Positions 21,258-30,673 of a stretch of DNA of 64,000 bases are shown in pieces. The stretch comes from an uncultured virus (IMG/VR IMGVR_UViG_2713896875_000003). Lineage: Duplodnaviria > Heunggongvirae > Uroviricota > Caudoviricetes. The position numbers and the translations under genes are program-made. The first letter of the stretch is position 1. Every line of letters starts with the position of its first letter. The notes under the pieces were generated by a model. That model was given only the letters and a program-made list of their open reading frames with translations. It was not told the origin of the DNA and searched no databases. The stretch lies in the IMG/VR virus record IMGVR_UViG_2713896875_000003, positions 1 to 64,000 of that record, one strand, 5' to 3'.

Positions 21258-23501
21258 ATGTTTAACAATGGCTTGCTACAACCAAAGAAACCGCCAATAG
21301 GGCAAGAACAACAAAAAATGACTCGCTACCACCAACTCCGACTAGTCTTTGGATTAGTCGGAGTTCTTTTATATCCTTTTGCGATTTTAGGTAGTATTCC
21401 ATTACTAATTGGTCTAGCGGTTGATAAAAGAGACAAGGCTGCAAATGTATTTGATATGGATTATGAGAGTTTTTTGAAACGAAATAGTATTGTCTTTCTT
21501 AGTTTTTCAGCTGTGTTATTTGTAATAAATGTTTTTGCATTTATCCTCTGGATTCCCAGAGGGTATCTGTCTGCGTATCTTCTTTTCCCCTTAAATCTTC
21601 TTCATACAGCACTTCGTTTTAATTGGGAGACAATAGTCGCTTTGCTTATTGGATCAAGTGGAATGGGGGCCATTTTTTTGGCATTTTCTTCATTTGTGGC
21701 AAAACGAAAAGTTATTTCAAAGGAAGACGAACGGAAGAAAGTGACGGAATCTAAAGAATACAAAAATAGGCAAAAAAATAAATTTGAAGAGTCACAACGC
21801 TTTACTGATGAACAAGAAAAAGAATACCAAGAAGCAGTAGAAAGTGTTGATATTGACAAGTATAAAGAACTATCCAACCAATTATTACTTGGTATGAGTG
21901 AGTTCGGGTTGTCATATATTATGAACTTTTCAGAGTTCAATCAACACGCCCTTATTCCCGCAACCACTGGTTCAGGGAAAACAACGTTACTTCAATTACT
22001 CGTCCAACACGCAGTCAAATTTAATTTTCCGGTGATATTGATTGATGGAAAAGGCGCTCGAGATACATTAGAAAGTATGCGAGAAATTGCCAAATTTTAT
22101 GACAAAGAAGTGCATGCTTTTACGGATGATGGCGATATGAGGTACAACCCAGTAGAGCATGGAAATGACATATCTATTCGGGATAAGTTAGTGTCTTTAG
22201 CCGAAACAGAAAGTGTCTTTTATTCAGGCGCAGCGAAAGCTCTTTTGCAAGTAACAATTCAATTGTTAGACGAGTTTAAAGGAGCCAAGGTTACTTTATC
22301 TGGAGACACTCGTACGACAGAAACCGTTGAACGAAGTCTACCATTTGTTCAACGATTTTTACTTCCGAGAAATGTTTTACACTTATTTGCGGATGCGATT
22401 TTACCAAACAATCCCAAACTATTTGAGATTGAAGTAGAAAAGAAAATACAAAAACCTAAGAAAAAATCAGTGAAAGAAGGAAGCGAGATACTGCCTGATT
22501 CAGACCTTGATAAAGAAGAAAAAGAGGAAGATTCACAAATTAAGAACAGTAAATTTAGAAACATTTCCCAACTAGGAATAGCACAAAAAGAAACGGAAAC
22601 GATTGTCCTTAATCCAGAAACATTAGATTTAGACTCGTACTATTTATTACTAAAACGAAACCTAAGATATTTGCCAACAGACAAAGAAACAGGAGAAAAT
22701 ATCAAACAAAAATTGTTCGAACGATTATTTATTCGTTATGAACATAAAGATTCACCGTTTTATTTGTATGCCACATCAGAAGCATTACAGACAAACATTA
22801 ACATGTTATTAGACAGTGAGTTAGGAAAATTATTTGATACTAAAAACGCAAAAAATGTTCTCGATGTGCAAGAAATTGTCAATCAACGAAAGTTAGTTTA
22901 CGTATCGTTCAATGGATTGATTTACAAAGAATATATCCGCACTTTAGCGCAAATGTTAGTCGGAGACGTAAATTATTTTGCTTCTGAAATGTATCGAAAA
23001 AATGTGAAACGTGAAGTCCTTGTGATTTTTGATGAACCTGCTTCTTATCTAAATGAAACGTTTATTGATATGGTAAATAAAGGAAGGGGTGCAGGTGTTT
23101 ACGGTATTTTTACTCCTCAAACGATGGCAGATATTGCAAAATTAGGCGATAAATTAATGGAACAACTTGTCGGAAATGTGAATACTTTGTTCATTGGAAA
23201 GACCAACGAAAAAGGTGAAGCCGAGTATTGGAGTGAAACAATGGGAACGTACCAAGACATTGATGTAACTTCAGTTACGGAACAAGAAGATGGTTATTCA
23301 GATGTTGGAAAATCTGATTGGTCAGGAGATAGAGGAACCAAACGTAATGTAGATCGCTTCAAAATTAATCCAAACAAGATAAAAGAATTGCGTACAGGGG
23401 AGTTTATTATTTATCGTACAGCAGAAAATGTAAACCTTCCACCACAGAAAGTTTACGTGCGAAACGCATTAAATTGGCTTAAAAATAATAGTAAGATTTA
23501 G
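21258..23501 (+). CDS. traW: Type IV coupling protein (TraW/VirD4-like)
   Basis: N-terminal TMs, Walker A ATTGSGKT, LIDGKG, Walker B VIFDE. Confidence 0.88.
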   Translation: MFNNGLLQPKKPPIGQEQQKMTRYHQLRLVFGLVGVLLYPFAILGSIPLLIGLAVDKRDKAANVFDMDYESFLKRNSIVFLSFSAVLFVINVFAFILWIPRGYLSAYLLFPLNLLHTALRFNWETIVALLIGSSGMGAIFLAFSSFVAKRKVISKEDERKKVTESKEYKNRQKNKFEESQRFTDEQEKEYQEAVESVDIDKYKELSNQLLLGMSEFGLSYIMNFSEFNQHALIPATTGSGKTTLLQLLVQHAVKFNFPVILIDGKGARDTLESMREIAKFYDKEVHAFTDDGDMRYNPVEHGNDISIRDKLVSLAETESVFYSGAAKALLQVTIQLLDEFKGAKVTLSGDTRTTETVERSLPFVQRFLLPRNVLHLFADAILPNNPKLFEIEVEKKIQKPKKKSVKEGSEILPDSDLDKEEKEEDSQIKNSKFRNISQLGIAQKETETIVLNPETLDLDSYYLLLKRNLRYLPTDKETGENIKQKLFERLFIRYEHKDSPFYLYATSEALQTNINMLLDSELGKLFDTKNAKNVLDVQEIVNQRKLVYVSFNGLIYKEYIRTLAQMLVGDVNYFASEMYRKNVKREVLVIFDEPASYLNETFIDMVNKGRGAGVYGIFTPQTMADIAKLGDKLMEQLVGNVNTLFIGKTNEKGEAEYWSETMGTYQDIDVTSVTEQEDGYSDVGKSDWSGDRGTKRNVDRFKINPNKIKELRTGEFIIYRTAENVNLPPQKVYVRNALNWLKNNSKI

Positions 23502-23521
23502 AAGAAATAGCAAATGAAAAA

Positions 23522-23760
23522 CGAGAGTAGCCATAGAGTAAGCGTAGAGTAAGTATAGAGTAGGTATAGAATAAAAAATCTAGGAGAGCGGTCCTCGGCG
23601 CTTGGTATAAAAGGCTTTCTCCGCCTGCAAAATTCCTGACCATTTTCGCTCAACGTGGGTTAAAACCCCCATTAAGCGAAAATGGTCAGGAATTTTGCAA
23701 CTACGAAAAAAATACCAAGCGCCGAGGACAAACAGAATAGAGTAAAAAATAGAATGAGTA
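23522..23760. other. Origin of transfer (pAD1 oriT2-like)
   Basis: About 140-bp inverted repeat 23591-23729 (perfect 25-bp inner arms 23626-23650/23675-23699) next to tandem TAGAGTA-type direct repeats, between coupling protein and relaxase. Confidence 0.8.
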
Positions 23761-24021
23761 AGGTGATAGAAGTAATAAAAATTAAAGAAAAAAGTTCAAA
23801 AGATAAAGTTCAAAAGATTAACAACTACCCCTTGCGATAGACGCCCCTTCACCAAACCTTGAAGGGACTATCGCCCAAAGCAACAACCTCCTAAATCCTC
23901 CACCAAAACTTGGAGGACTTAAAATCTGAAAAAGAATTTCTACACGTTGTTCCGAAACTCTTTTTCAATGAAACAAATAGGCTTTGCCTATTTGTACTTT
24001 TTATAGAAATGCGGTGATATT

Positions 24022-24807
24022 TTGAAACCATTACTATATAACTATTACATTGATTACACTAAGAAAGATAAAACAAGGCTAATTATTTTATGTCTACTCC
24101 ATGAATTAAGAGTTATCTCAGTTCAACAATTAATTGACTTTTTCCAAATTGAACGGTTATCAGCAGAAAGCACAGTTTATAAGCACTTAAATTTATTAAA
24201 AACAGATGGATTAATTGCCCGATCAAAAAATGGAATGCACACGTTCTATTACCTAACAAAAGAAGGGCATAATTACATTGGTGGGTACTACACCTTGCCA
24301 AAAGTTCCTGAATACAATTTACAACACCACTTACAAATTAATGATTATCTGATAAAAATGTTGGAACTTTGTAATAACCACCCGCACCTTAAAGCGGTAG
24401 TATCAGAGCGTCGCAAAGTATATGAAGTAAAGGACGAGAAGAAAAATCAAAAAGGCGTAAAATACTTTGTTCCTGACTTCATTTTTATGTTTTTGGATAG
24501 TATTGGACGAGAAGTAGAGTGGCAATTTGAAATAGAATTAACACTAAAGACAAAACGACGTTATAGTCAGGGTGTGTTTCCAAAATACATTAAACATTTA
24601 AAAAATTATGAAGATGCACGCTTAATTTATGTAACACCTAGTTCAATCATTAAAGAAGAACTTGATATGTTTAAAGAATATTTTATTGACAAAGAAGGGG
24701 ACGAGTACAAAGAAGTGTTTGATCGATTGCATGTTTTTTCAGCTGAAGAATTTGAAAGTGAACTGAAACGATTACTAGAAAAAGATAAATTCATTAATTG
24801 GGAGTGA
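24022..24807 (+). CDS. traX: MOBC-family relaxase (TraX-like, replication-relaxation family)
   Basis: wHTH N-terminus (YYLTKEG), HHLQIND, PD...EIELTLK restriction-fold motif; adjacent to oriT. Confidence 0.85.
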   Translation: MKPLLYNYYIDYTKKDKTRLIILCLLHELRVISVQQLIDFFQIERLSAESTVYKHLNLLKTDGLIARSKNGMHTFYYLTKEGHNYIGGYYTLPKVPEYNLQHHLQINDYLIKMLELCNNHPHLKAVVSERRKVYEVKDEKKNQKGVKYFVPDFIFMFLDSIGREVEWQFEIELTLKTKRRYSQGVFPKYIKHLKNYEDARLIYVTPSSIIKEELDMFKEYFIDKEGDEYKEVFDRLHVFSAEEFESELKRLLEKDKFINWE

Positions 24808-24812
24808 GTTTC

Positions 24813-25301
24813 ATGAGAAGAATAGAGAAAGAATTCAACAAGAAGCTAGCCAGTTACGAAAGAGAGTTAAAAAAATTAGGATGTCTGGATGATGAAACAG
24901 GACTTATTCCCATAAGCAAAAGACGATGGCATGTCATTTGGTGGCAACCTGTTACACTTGCAAAAACAATCGTGAGATCTTTTCGATTAACGCTAGATAA
25001 TGAAAATTTATGTATTTTAGGAGATGTAGAAATCACTATTTATCATGATGGAACATATGGTATTTCTAAAGAAGCTGTCCCAATTTTTATTAATGACTTA
25101 TTGTCTTTAAAAAAGTTAATTACTATTTTCTATGGAACACCTTTTAACTTAAATTTTGAAAAAATTCGCTGCGTTAATTTTAACAGGTATTGTGTCACTA
25201 TTCCTGAAATTTATGTCGATAAATTTGAAGTATTAATAAACTACTTGATAATTTTAAGTAGCTGCTTACATGAAGTAAAAAAGCACGTAGAATATGATTA
25301 A
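24813..25301 (+). CDS. Hypothetical protein
   Basis: ORF with RBS GGAG. Confidence 0.6.
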   Translation: MRRIEKEFNKKLASYERELKKLGCLDDETGLIPISKRRWHVIWWQPVTLAKTIVRSFRLTLDNENLCILGDVEITIYHDGTYGISKEAVPIFINDLLSLKKLITIFYGTPFNLNFEKIRCVNFNRYCVTIPEIYVDKFEVLINYLIILSSCLHEVKKHVEYD

Positions 25302-25518
25302 CAAGCTTTTCTTCTTTCAGAAGAACACCAATAGATTGGTTGAGTTCGCATACGCTCACCTAAGAGAGGAAAAGAACGAAGTCAAGCTTCGTTCTTTTTT
25401 CTACGTCGGAGAACCGACGTAGTGATTCAGACGCAAAAACCATGCGTCTGAATCAGGACCGTTTTTAGGAAGGGCTAGTGTGTTTGATTTATCAGTTCTC
25501 ACAGCCGTGTAATTTCTA

Positions 25519-25678
25519 AGATTCCCTNNTCGTNTATCAGTCACTCGGCGAGTATAACCTAAAACATGTTCTGTCGGAGGTCAAGGGCAAGTGGCATCGG
25601 CAAGCCGACCCTTGNCCTCCGACAGAACATGTTTTCTAGTCGGTTATGCCGAACGACCGATATACGAAAAGGGAATCT
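25519..25678. repeat. Long inverted repeat (Frpo/sso-like hairpin 1)
   Basis: 27-bp inner arms 25561-25587/25609-25635 plus outer arms. Confidence 0.85.
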
Positions 25679-25892
25679 AACCAGAATTTCCTCTCTGATC
25701 TTTGAAAACTGAAAAGCGAAATCAAACAAACAGGCCTTCGTCTAAAAACGAGCCTAATCAAACCTTAGGGGTTGCACCCCTAACACCTGGCGCCTCACTC
25801 CCTCAACCGAAAAGGTTGGTTGGAAAGGCGTTGACCAAAAAATAGCTATCTATTGGTTGTTTGAAAATAAAAATTGAAAGAAGGAAAGCAAA

Positions 25893-26159
25893 ATGCTAAC
25901 AACAAAAGAAAAAAACAGATTAAAAAAAATGGTAGAAGGAAACAAAACGTTTCATTATTCTTATGTCGATAGACTTAGACAAGATGTAAGATATTACGTT
26001 AATCAATGTGAATCAGCTGTTAAAGCTAGAGAAAGCATGGAAATCTTAGAATTTATCTACAGTCTATTTTCTGATAAAGAGTTACCAGAATGGTACACAG
26101 AAGCCGACCTTGAAAATGATAAAAAATCAATTGAAAAATTGGAACGCTGGGCAGCTTAG
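25893..26159 (+). CDS. Hypothetical protein
   Basis: 88 aa, RBS AAGGA. Confidence 0.7.
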   Translation: MLTTKEKNRLKKMVEGNKTFHYSYVDRLRQDVRYYVNQCESAVKARESMEILEFIYSLFSDKELPEWYTEADLENDKKSIEKLERWAA

Positions 26160-26191
26160 CTGCTCAGCAACAATCAGAAAGGGCGATTAAC

Positions 26192-26692
26192 ATGAAATTT
26201 ATCAAAGATGTAACGACATTAGAAGAATTGAAACGCGTATATAAAAAGCTAGCTTTAAAGTACCACCCAGACATGGGCGGTACTGATAAAGAAATGGCGC
26301 AAATAAATAACGAGTATGAAGCGTTGTTCGATAAGCTTAAAAATACACACAAAAATAAAGAAGGTGAGTACTACCAAAAAGAAACGACAGAAACACCGCA
26401 AGAATGGCAAGAAATCATACACAAGTTGTTAACGCTAAAAATGGAAAATGTTTCAATTGAAGTGATAGGCGCATTCTTATGGGTATCAGGGAACACCAAG
26501 CCTTATAAAGAAGAGTTAAAAGCTTTAAATATGAAATGGAGTAACAACAAAAAGTCCTGGTATTTAGCCCCCGATGGATATAAAAAACGCAGTAAGAAAA
26601 AATACAATATGAGCGATATTCGCAATATGTATGGTTCGCAGGTAGTTAAAGAAGAACAAGCCAAACAAAAGACATTAACAGCAACAGCCTAA
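26192..26692 (+). CDS. J-domain (DnaJ-like) protein
   Basis: YKKLALKYHPD...MAQINNEYE J-domain. Confidence 0.85.
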   Translation: MKFIKDVTTLEELKRVYKKLALKYHPDMGGTDKEMAQINNEYEALFDKLKNTHKNKEGEYYQKETTETPQEWQEIIHKLLTLKMENVSIEVIGAFLWVSGNTKPYKEELKALNMKWSNNKKSWYLAPDGYKKRSKKKYNMSDIRNMYGSQVVKEEQAKQKTLTATA

Positions 26693-26704
26693 GGAGGAAG
26701 TAAA

Positions 26705-26953
26705 ATGGAACAACGACGCCCAGTTATTCACACATTAAAAATTGAAACCGAGTTTTTCAAGGCAGTAAAAGAACGGCGAAAAACATTTGAGATAAGAAAG
26801 AACGATCGTAATTTTCAAGTAGGGGATATTTTAATTCTCGAAGAATATATGAATGGCATGTATTTAGATGATGAATGCGAAGCGGAAGTTATTTATATAA
26901 CGGATTATGCACAACGTGAAGGTTATGTGGTGCTAGGAATTGAATTACATTAG
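26705..26953 (+). CDS. DUF3850/ASCH-PUA-like protein
   Basis: HTLKI...KTFEIRKNDRNFQVGD motif. Confidence 0.8.
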   Translation: MEQRRPVIHTLKIETEFFKAVKERRKTFEIRKNDRNFQVGDILILEEYMNGMYLDDECEAEVIYITDYAQREGYVVLGIELH

Positions 26954-27028
26954 TAAAAAATTAGATTATACGTCCAAAGAGGTTTTACCTCTTTGGACGA
27001 CCAAATAAAAAGAAAGAAGGAATCAAGA

Positions 27029-27445
27029 ATGATTAAAACAAGTGCAGTAGGAAGATTAACAAAAAGTTCAGAACTAAGAGTAACGTCAACAGGGAAGGCC
27101 GTTGCCAATTTTGCATTAGCTTGCAAAAGAGAAAGACTTGATAAAGAAGGGAATGCCCAAACGACTTTTATTCAATGTGTAATCTGGGGGAAACCTGCAG
27201 AGGTGTTAGCAAAATATACGCAAAAAGGTTCATTAATTGCAGTAAATGGTGAATTGCAATCACGTTCTTATGATGATCAACAAGGACAAACGCATTATGT
27301 TACAGAATTAGTCGTATCAGGCTTTGAATTTTTAGAATCAAAAGAAACTGTACAAAATAGAGAACAAAAACAACAAATGCCAGAAATGGCGAACGCCGAA
27401 CCATTTTATGGTATGGATGATATGGAACCGCCAGTTTATCAATAA
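27029..27445 (+). CDS. ssb: Second single-stranded DNA-binding protein
   Basis: AVGRLTK, FIQCVIWGK, GELQSRSY OB-fold motifs. Confidence 0.88.
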   Translation: MIKTSAVGRLTKSSELRVTSTGKAVANFALACKRERLDKEGNAQTTFIQCVIWGKPAEVLAKYTQKGSLIAVNGELQSRSYDDQQGQTHYVTELVVSGFEFLESKETVQNREQKQQMPEMANAEPFYGMDDMEPPVYQ

Positions 27446-27468
27446 GATTTATCTGAAGGAGGGAGGAT

Positions 27469-28053
27469 ATGAAAAAGTTAATCGGTAAAAAGTGGCTGCT
27501 GCTTACAGCAGTAGCCACTTTTTTATTATCAGGATGCGCAAGTCTTGAACAAAAAGCACAGAATAGTGTAAAAGAAGTTACTGGAAATTTTACTCAAACT
27601 ATTTCAAACGATCAACGTATACCAGCTGACTTTGTACGACACGTAGACGGTGACACAACGGTTTTGAGGATTGACGGAAAAGAACGAAAGGTTCGCTTTT
27701 TATTAATTGACACACCCGAGACGGTCAAACCAAACACAAAAGTTCAGCCCTATGGTTTAGAAGCTAGCAAACGCACAAAAGAGCTTTTGTCTACTGCTTC
27801 AGAAATTACGTTTGAATATGATGAGGGCGATAAAACAGATTGTTACGGGCGAGCGTTGGGCTACATATTCGTAGATGGAACATTACTACAAAAAACGCTT
27901 GTAAGTGAAGGGTTAGCACGTGTGGCCTATGTAAAAGAGCCTAACACTAAGTATTTGGAAGAACTAGAGCAAGCCCAAGAACAAGCTAAAAGTGAATCAC
28001 TCGGAATCTGGAGTATACCAGGTTATGTGACAGGAAGGGGATTTCAGCCATGA
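27469..28053 (+). CDS. Thermonuclease (SNase-fold) lipoprotein
   Basis: Lipobox LLSGC; VDGDT, VRFLLIDTPET, YGRALGY, GLARV. Confidence 0.9.
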   Translation: MKKLIGKKWLLLTAVATFLLSGCASLEQKAQNSVKEVTGNFTQTISNDQRIPADFVRHVDGDTTVLRIDGKERKVRFLLIDTPETVKPNTKVQPYGLEASKRTKELLSTASEITFEYDEGDKTDCYGRALGYIFVDGTLLQKTLVSEGLARVAYVKEPNTKYLEELEQAQEQAKSESLGIWSIPGYVTGRGFQP

Positions 28054-28372
28054 AACAAACAGAACAAGGGAATTTTGAAGAGTTTTGTTGGTACTTATAT
28101 GAACCCAAAATTGTTACACCGAAGGAATGTACCAAACATATCATAATAGAGAAATCGTAAAGAAGTTTTCACAGATACGGAAAGAAAAAATACCAGGTGT
28201 ACACCTGGCTGCCAATAAAATAGAAACGCACAGAAAACCTATATAAAATAGGCTTTCTGTGCGTTTTATGATATAATAATGAAGTAGAAAAGTTATGACG
28301 GTGGCTATCCAATCCGAAAGTGAGGTGGTGCGTATGAGTGTACTTCCAAAATCCAAAGAAAGGAGAAGCCTT

Positions 28373-28474
28373 TTGTCTGCATTAGAAACAATTCAGCTGA
28401 TATTAAGCTTTGGCATGTTTACCATTGCGTTGATTAAGTTGATTGTGGAATTGCTAAAAAACGACAAAAAATAA
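28373..28474 (+). CDS. Type I toxin (TxpA/holin-like), 33 aa
   Basis: RBS AAGGAG, TTG start; MSALETIQLILSFGMFTIALIKLIVELLKNDKK; alternative in-frame ATG at 28334. Confidence 0.8.
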   Translation: MSALETIQLILSFGMFTIALIKLIVELLKNDKK

Positions 28475-28585
28475 CCGTTCATTAACTTTGGCGAGTTAAA
28501 CGGTTATTTTTTAACTATAAACAAATGCCACCGTCTTAAACGGTTCTACACTAGAGAGTTGTGTTAGCGCACAGCTCTCTTTTCG
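28466..28585 (-). ncRNA. RatA-like antisense antitoxin RNA
   Basis: Minus-strand extended -10 TGCTATACT near 28590-28600; bidirectional terminator 28466-28512 overlapping the toxin 3' end. Confidence 0.6.
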
Positions 28586-28684
28586 TTTATAGTATAGCAT
28601 ATTCTAAAAAAAAATACTACTAAACGACCAGGGCGCAACGATCTATACAGACGTGCGCCTTTTTTAGTTCGGGAAAAGGGAATG

Positions 28685-29235
28685 AATCCGTTGTTCCGCG
28701 GCGGTGCGGTAGCCCTTGCTCCAAAACCAACGGATTAACTGCTGCACTCAACACGAGTCAATTAAACGTTCTCTACCCATTCGTTCCGATTGGGGAACGT
28801 TTCCTTTTCCTACTCGTTCCTCGCTTAACGGAAAAGTCCATTGACACGAGTTGTTCCTTGTGGGATCACAAGGAAGCGTTCCGCAGTGATTAACATTTCT
28901 AGTAGGTATTTCATACCTACTAGAAAACAAAGTCAAGGGCGTTCCGGTCAAAAATCCCTTTTCTGATGTCAGAACAGTGTCACGCGACCTTTTTCGTTTT
29001 CAGGACGTTCATTTTGCAGTGTGTAACGTGCTGCTCACTGTTTGCTACAGTACCACAGCCAGTCGAAAAAACAAGGGTATATAAACGAGCAAGCTCGCCC
29101 TTGTTTTTTCTTTATGTCTATGGTCCTTCCACGGCACAGCGAGCGACACGAACACACTGGCGAAAATGAACAACCTAAACAAAAACGAAAAAGGGGGTAG
29201 ACTACACCGTTTGACGAAAAGGAATTTTTGACCGT
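28685..29235. repeat. Structured intergenic repeat copy A (contains Frpo-like hairpin 2)
   Basis: 28685-28880 is about 90% identical, ungapped, to 32116-32311; followed by a long fold-back ~28945-29235. Confidence 0.85.
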
Positions 29236-29308
29236 CCAGCTTCACTTCCTCAAACGCCTAACAAAAATGGTTGTTCAAAACCCAAAAAACTGAAAGGAGG
29301 TGGTTAAA

Positions 29309-29494
29309 ATGAATGAGACACAATTAAAACTTGACCTAGAAAAGGCACAACTGGAATACCAAAAATTAAGCCAAGCAATCAATGAAAATGATACTGTCAC
29401 GCTGTTATTAAATTATGGTTGTTTAAAAAATGCCAATGACCGTTTAAACCAACTATCATTTTTGTTGAACCATATTGAATGGGAGGACGTGTAA
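29309..29494 (+). CDS. Hypothetical protein
   Basis: RBS AGGAGG; 61 aa from ATG 29309. Confidence 0.65.
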   Translation: MNETQLKLDLEKAQLEYQKLSQAINENDTVTLLLNYGCLKNANDRLNQLSFLLNHIEWEDV

Positions 29495-29496
29495 GA

Positions 29497-29670
29497 ATGG
29501 CTGAAAAAAAGAAAAAATACTGTGTGACAATTGTTGAAACCTTAGAGGTAGCTGTATATGTTTATGCAGAAAGCGAAGAACAAGCACATGAATTAGTTTC
29601 TAACATGTATTACGACCAAGAAATAATCTTAACAGAAGAAAATCACGAAACAACAGAATTTATCATTTAA
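29497..29670 (+). CDS. DpnD/PcfM-like protein
   Basis: YCVTIVETL...AESEEQA...YYDQEIIL pattern. Confidence 0.7.
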   Translation: MAEKKKKYCVTIVETLEVAVYVYAESEEQAHELVSNMYYDQEIILTEENHETTEFII

Positions 29671-29732
29671 AACAACGAAAGAGGTGAAAAAGATATTTTA
29701 GAGGTATTGAATTATATCCACGAAAAAAGCAC

Positions 29733-29795
29733 AAAAAAAGAAACCTTTTGCCACTAACAAAAGATTTCTAAAACGTTATGCATGTTTAATACTGT
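29733..29795 (-). ncRNA. Candidate antisense sRNA 1
   Basis: Minus-strand TTGTCA-17-TATACT (29830-29802) and intrinsic terminator 29733-29769. Confidence 0.5.
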
Positions 29796-29893
29796 AAAAC
29801 AAGTATAACGTATCTCATGACCTTTGACAAGTGAATTTGCCCCAACCTCTTATTCATAAGAGGTTGGGCTAACAAAAGAAACGAGGGAACGTT

Positions 29894-30673
29894 ATGGACT
29901 TTCAAAATATACAAACTGTAAAAGAATTGACACACGCACTCAAACAATACAATCAAAATCTAGCAACCACTATTTTTGACGACACACAAGGTTATATCAG
30001 TGTAGCTTTTAGAAAATAAAGCATTGAAAGAAACGGAAAAAACTTCCAGTTTTTGTGTTTCTATCCTAATTATAAAGTAGCCCTTTATCCAGTCGAGACG
30101 TTACTTTCTTACCTTGAAAAGCTACCAGAACAAGCCACCATTGCGATTAAAGACCCAGACGGTAACTATTCGTCTCTTTATCTAACAATTGATGAAACGA
30201 TAGATAAAGGAACTAAATACAAGTGGCTAGTAATTAGCGATAAACTTTCTTATGAGCGCTTTTTCCTAACAAGCACATTGACTGCACAAGAACAAGCACT
30301 TGAAAAAATGCTAAAAGAACTAGAAACCGAGCATGACAACACGGTCGAATATATCCACAATTGGCTATGCAAACAAAATGATGAATCTCTTTTTCAAGGT
30401 ATTCTAAAGGAAGATAGAACCATAAAAGGCTCTGTCACGTATTGCATGGGAAAAGCCCAAGAACAAGCCGAAAAACGACCAAATGCTATGGTAATGGTCA
30501 CAGACGAGGTGGCATTTAGTTGGATAAAGGAATATTTCATACTTGAAAAACTACCCGAAATGAAAGCAATCGGTAAGGTAGTGACGACTGCCAAAAAGAA
30601 ACCGAGCAAAAAAGAAGAGTCTAAACCTCAAAGAAAAGAGGTGGACGAACAAGTAAAATTGTTCGAGTTGTAA
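29894..30673 (+). pseudogene. PcfK-like (AcrIIA9-related) gene with premature stop
   Basis: RBS GAGGG, ATG 29894, TAA 30017-30019, same frame continues; C-terminal IHNWLC...KTIKGSVTYC-like...DEVAFSWIKEYF PcfK-like domain. Confidence 0.7.

Noticed and set aside
23522..23575. TAGAGTA repeats as a mini-CRISPR
   Set aside because: Too short and without spacers; they fit oriT direct repeats
25527..25615. N bases as evidence of phase variation or inversion
   Set aside because: More simply explained by poor sequencing or mapping within a long hairpin
28748..29245. Short ORFs on both strands within the structured repeats (also 32282-32666)
   Set aside because: No good RBS, frames not conserved between the two copies, and the region is explained by secondary structure
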